A DNA stretch of 64,000 nucleotides from an uncultured Candidatus Saccharibacteria bacterium (GTDB taxonomy: Bacteria > Patescibacteriota > Dojkabacteria > SC72), in the NCBI GenBank assembly GCA_964625015.1, contig CAZUZI010000002.1, positions 1,899 through 65,898 on the forward strand, read 5' to 3'. Under the pieces are notes generated by a model that was not told the origin of the DNA, did no database searches, and was given only the letters and a program-made list of their open reading frames with translations. Numbering within the stretch: position 1 is the first letter of the stretch; every line of letters begins with the position of its first letter. The position numbers and the translations under genes were made by a program. Below, one piece after another: positions 60,410 through 64,000 of the stretch.

Positions 60410-63400
60410 TGAATATGAATCTAAATGAGAAACAGAAAGCGGCTGTAGAACACAAAAAGGGTGCACTTCTGATAATTGCAGGTGCAGGTACAGGTAAGAC
60501 AGCAGTAATTACACAAAGGATTCTAAATATTATAAAGAAGGGGTGGGCAAAACCAAGCGAAATTCTTGCACTTACTTTTCTTGAGAAAGCAGCAGAAGAG
60601 ATGCAGAGCAGGGTAGATGAAGAGCTTCCTCTTAGTTATGGTGATATGTGGATTTCGACTTTCCATTCGTTCTGTGATCGTATCCTTCGTCAGGAAGGTC
60701 ATTACATTGGTATCGATACTGATTATGTGTTAATGAGTCAGGCAGAGAGTAATATTTTCTTTAGAAGAGCTATATGGGATCTTTCTTTAAAAAGGTTTAA
60801 ACCTTTTGGTAATCCTATGAAGTTTGTAGACAAGATATTAGACCATTTCTCTAGATTGCAGGATGAGGATATCTCTCCAGAGGAGTATCTTGAGTATGCA
60901 AATGGTCTTGTTCAAAAGAGTGTCGAAGATCAGGAAGAGTACAAGGATATTCTTGAATTAGCTACTGTTTTTGGTGAATATACAAAGTTAAAGATAGAGA
61001 ATAGTAAGTTAGATTTCGGTGATTTAATAATTTTGACTATTAGGCTGTTTAGAGAGAAACCGAATATTTTGAAAAAATACAGAGAGAAGTTTAAATATAT
61101 TCTTGTTGACGAGTATCAGGATACAAATCATACACAGAATGTTTTAGTTAATATCCTTTCTGGTTTTGATCCTAAAAAAGATTCTGAGAAGATTGGAAAG
61201 ATAAATCCTAATCTTACAGTTGTGGGGGATGATGACCAGGCAATCTATAAATTTAGAGGTGCTGCTATCTCTAATATCCTACAGTTTAAAAAGTTATACC
61301 CTAGGGCCAAGGAGATTGTTCTTACTGAAAACTACCGCTCTAGACAAGAGATTCTTGATAGTGCGTATACTTTGATTAGGCATAATAATCCGTATAGGTT
61401 AGAGATTACAGAGAAGATAGAGAAGAGACTTCAGGCAAGGGCTGTTTTTGAAAAAGATGAAAATCCAGTACAGCTTCTTCCTACTGAGAATGAGGATAGC
61501 GAGGCACAGGTGATTGCGGAGGAGATATTAAAATTAACTGGTAATGTTGAGGTCTCAGATATTAAACAGACACATAGTTTTGATATACAGGGACAATCCT
61601 CGTTTGTAGAGCTATTACCAGAGAAAAAATATAAATTCAGTGATATTGCGATTTTAGTTAGGGCGAATGCTCATATGGAAGCGATATTGCAGAATCTAAG
61701 GTATAAGGGGATTCCGTATAAACTAGGTGGTTCAAGAGGTTTGTATATGAGAGGTGAGATTAGGAGAATAATTGCATTCCTTAGAGTTCTTGTTGATTAC
61801 AAGGATGAGGAGTCTATGTATACTGTTTTAGCAATGAATGAGTGGGGTGTTTCTGCTAGAGAGTTTTTAGAGATAAATATGCTAGCGAAAGAGAAAAATA
61901 TCTCTGTATGGGAAACATTAGAGAATTTTTGTGATTTAAAGATAGGGGATATTGAAGGAGAAGTTCATATTGAAAAAAATAATTTAATAGAAAAGGTACT
62001 CTCCGAGAGTGCGATTACAGGTCTAGAAAAACTCCTTAATATACTTAATGAGTCTATTAAGATGGTTAGGTCAGAGAAGAGTATTGGTGAAATTCTTTAC
62101 TATTTTGTTACAGAGAGTGGATATTTGAATAGTTTCGTTGAGAGTAAAGATCAGTTTAAGGTTAATAATATATCAAAGTTCTTTACTGGAATTTCTGATT
62201 ACGAAAAAAAGAATGTAGGGAGTAATATCTATGAATACGTAGATTTTCTAAACTACAGTATTGATGTTGGAGATAGCCCGCAGGTAGACCAGAGTGATTT
62301 GCCAGAGTATGATGCTGTAAATATCTTGACTGTACATGGGTCAAAGGGTTTGGAATTTCCTGTGGTTTTTCTTGTTAGTCTTGTTACTGGTAGGTTCCCA
62401 TCTCAAAGTAGAAGAGATAAGTTGCCAATTCCTGATGCATTGATAAAAGAATCATTAACAGGTCTTGATGAAAATGAAGAGCACATACAGGAGGAAAGAA
62501 GGCTGTTCTATGTTGGTGCAACAAGGGCGAAGGAGAAGTTGTATCTAACAGCATCTACCTTCTATGGTACTGGTAAGAGGAGGAGTAAGGGTAGTATTTT
62601 TCTCCATGAGATTTTGGATCGTGATGTTACAGAAGATTTAAAACATCCTATTAAATTAACAGATTCCGATGGTTTGTCTTTAGATTTTGTAAATAGCAAT
62701 GAAGATATGAATCAACCATTATTAAATATAAGAAATGAAAGATTTAGCTACTCTCAAATAGATGCATATATGCAGTGTCCACTAAAATATTACTACATGT
62801 ATGTATTGAAAATACCTCCAAAACCTAATGCTGCACTGTCTTTTGGTACTACAGTACATAACGCATTAAGAGACTTCTATACACTTCTGAAAAATTCTCA
62901 AGAGGGCTTGGGATTTAGTGATGTTCCATCTAAAGAAGATTTACTCGATGCTTTCGAGAAACACTGGGTAGGGGTTGGCTATCAAAGTAAGAAGCATGAA
63001 CAGCAGAGGAAAGATGCTGGTAAGGAGATGATGGAGAGTTTCTATACAAAGATATTCGATGAAAAGAATAAGCCGTATCTTTTAGAGGAGAAGTTTACTG
63101 GTCATGTTGGAGATAGTTTGTTTGTAGGGAAGATAGATAGAGTTGATGTTGTAGGCATGGATGGTGAGGTCCCAATTGTTGATATTATCGATTACAAAAC
63201 AGGTCATGTGAAGAGTGAGAGTGAGATTAGAAGTGATTTGCAATTACCGTTGTATGTACTCTTTTCTCAGATGGCTTACGGTTTTAAAGTTAGGAATGCA
63301 AAGTATATTTTTGTTGAGCATGGCGAAGAGAAGAATGTAGATATATCAACTAAAAAGATAGAGAAAGCTAAAGAGAAATTAGTCGAAGTTATAGAGAAAA

Positions 63401-63498
63401 TAGTGGCTGGTGAATTTAAACCTCCTCGGGGGCATAGCTGTATGTATTGTGAGAGTATGAAGGTTTATGATGATTTGATAGAGAGTACTGTTTTCTAA
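60409..63498 (+). CDS. UvrD/PcrA-type superfamily I helicase fused to a C-terminal PD-(D/E)xK (Cas4/AddB-like) nuclease with a Cys cluster
   Basis: Walker A AGAGTGKT, helicase motifs (DEYQDTN, VGDDDQAIYKFRGA, TVHGSKGLEF) and a C-terminal IDYKTG...CMYCES nuclease/Fe-S-like region. Confidence 0.8.
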   Translation: MNMNLNEKQKAAVEHKKGALLIIAGAGTGKTAVITQRILNIIKKGWAKPSEILALTFLEKAAEEMQSRVDEELPLSYGDMWISTFHSFCDRILRQEGHYIGIDTDYVLMSQAESNIFFRRAIWDLSLKRFKPFGNPMKFVDKILDHFSRLQDEDISPEEYLEYANGLVQKSVEDQEEYKDILELATVFGEYTKLKIENSKLDFGDLIILTIRLFREKPNILKKYREKFKYILVDEYQDTNHTQNVLVNILSGFDPKKDSEKIGKINPNLTVVGDDDQAIYKFRGAAISNILQFKKLYPRAKEIVLTENYRSRQEILDSAYTLIRHNNPYRLEITEKIEKRLQARAVFEKDENPVQLLPTENEDSEAQVIAEEILKLTGNVEVSDIKQTHSFDIQGQSSFVELLPEKKYKFSDIAILVRANAHMEAILQNLRYKGIPYKLGGSRGLYMRGEIRRIIAFLRVLVDYKDEESMYTVLAMNEWGVSAREFLEINMLAKEKNISVWETLENFCDLKIGDIEGEVHIEKNNLIEKVLSESAITGLEKLLNILNESIKMVRSEKSIGEILYYFVTESGYLNSFVESKDQFKVNNISKFFTGISDYEKKNVGSNIYEYVDFLNYSIDVGDSPQVDQSDLPEYDAVNILTVHGSKGLEFPVVFLVSLVTGRFPSQSRRDKLPIPDALIKESLTGLDENEEHIQEERRLFYVGATRAKEKLYLTASTFYGTGKRRSKGSIFLHEILDRDVTEDLKHPIKLTDSDGLSLDFVNSNEDMNQPLLNIRNERFSYSQIDAYMQCPLKYYYMYVLKIPPKPNAALSFGTTVHNALRDFYTLLKNSQEGLGFSDVPSKEDLLDAFEKHWVGVGYQSKKHEQQRKDAGKEMMESFYTKIFDEKNKPYLLEEKFTGHVGDSLFVGKIDRVDVVGMDGEVPIVDIIDYKTGHVKSESEIRSDLQLPLYVLFSQMAYGFKVRNAKYIFVEHGEEKNVDISTKKIEKAKEKLVEVIEKIVAGEFKPPRGHSCMYCESMKVYDDLIESTVF

Positions 63499-63510
63499 AT
63501 AGTAATTATT

Positions 63511-63849
63511 TTGTATAATTGCGAGATTATGATAAATACTGGAAAAATATATGCTCAATCTTTAAGTGATGCACTTCAGGGCCTTGATGATGCTGCTAAC
63601 GCAGATAGCGTTGGAGGTATTATGGATTCTGTTATTGCAATCGCTATTCCACTTGCAGCTGTTTCTGTTGTTCTTCTCCTTGTTTTTGCTGCATACAAAT
63701 TGATGACAAGTGGTGGAAATCCAGACAAATTGAAAGAGGGGAAAGAGGTTATAACAAATGCTGTAATAGGTTTCTTGTTTGTATTAATGTCTGTTGCAAT
63801 CTTACTGTTATTAAGTAATTTGTTTGGTATTGATATAAGTGGAAGGTAA
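63511..63849 (+). CDS. TrbC/VirB2-like pilin family small membrane protein (tentative)
   Basis: Two hydrophobic helices separated by a short charged loop (AIAIPLAAVSVVLLLVFAAYKLMTSGGNPDK...ITNAVIGFLFVLMSVAILLL) preceded by a polar leader; this architecture is typical of VirB2/TrbC pilins. A further partial ORF follows to the window end. Confidence 0.4.
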   Translation: MYNCEIMINTGKIYAQSLSDALQGLDDAANADSVGGIMDSVIAIAIPLAAVSVVLLLVFAAYKLMTSGGNPDKLKEGKEVITNAVIGFLFVLMSVAILLLLSNLFGIDISGR

Positions 63850-64000
63850 TAAAAGAAAAAATATAATACCCTTAGGTGTTACTATTGGTGGTGTTGATTT
63901 TACTCCTCCTGCAGTGAAAGATGCCTTCTCAACTCCAGACGGAGTAATGGATACTGTTGTGTTTTTGCTTAATACCTTTGTTGGACTTTCTGTCCTCGTT

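Overview
AT-rich bacterial chromosomal window, read with the standard genetic code; long housekeeping ORFs are intact, so there is no sign of UGA recoding. Compact gene organisation and the mix of type IV pilus and VirB2-like genes fit a small-genome, low-GC bacterium, possibly Patescibacteria/CPR-like; this is inference only. Core content: hrcA (partial), bL25, the rpoB-rpoC-rpsL-rpsG operon, ftsK, a rodZ-like gene, dnaG, rsmA, rpoD, metG, valS, rnj, an ftsA-like gene, and the classical origin cluster rpmH-rnpA-yidD-yidC-jag // dnaA-dnaN with DnaA boxes on both sides of dnaA. RNA genes: tRNA-Arg(TCT), three tRNA-Ser isoacceptors (GGA, CGA, GCT) and a tmRNA (ssrA), none detectable from the ORF track alone. 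The most interesting part is a roughly 12 kb accessory block between the 3' end of the tmRNA (47161) and a minus-strand tRNA-Ser(GCT) (59375-59466). It carries Cys-rich small secreted proteins, a Kazal-like small protein, a SipW-type signal peptidase with a TasA-like substrate, a membrane-anchored M14 peptidase, and a compact integrative module (XRE repressor, Rep-like protein, large serine recombinase). The recombinase ORF runs into, and is partly encoded by, the antisense of the tRNA-Ser 3' end. No CRISPR array, rRNA or transposase was seen.
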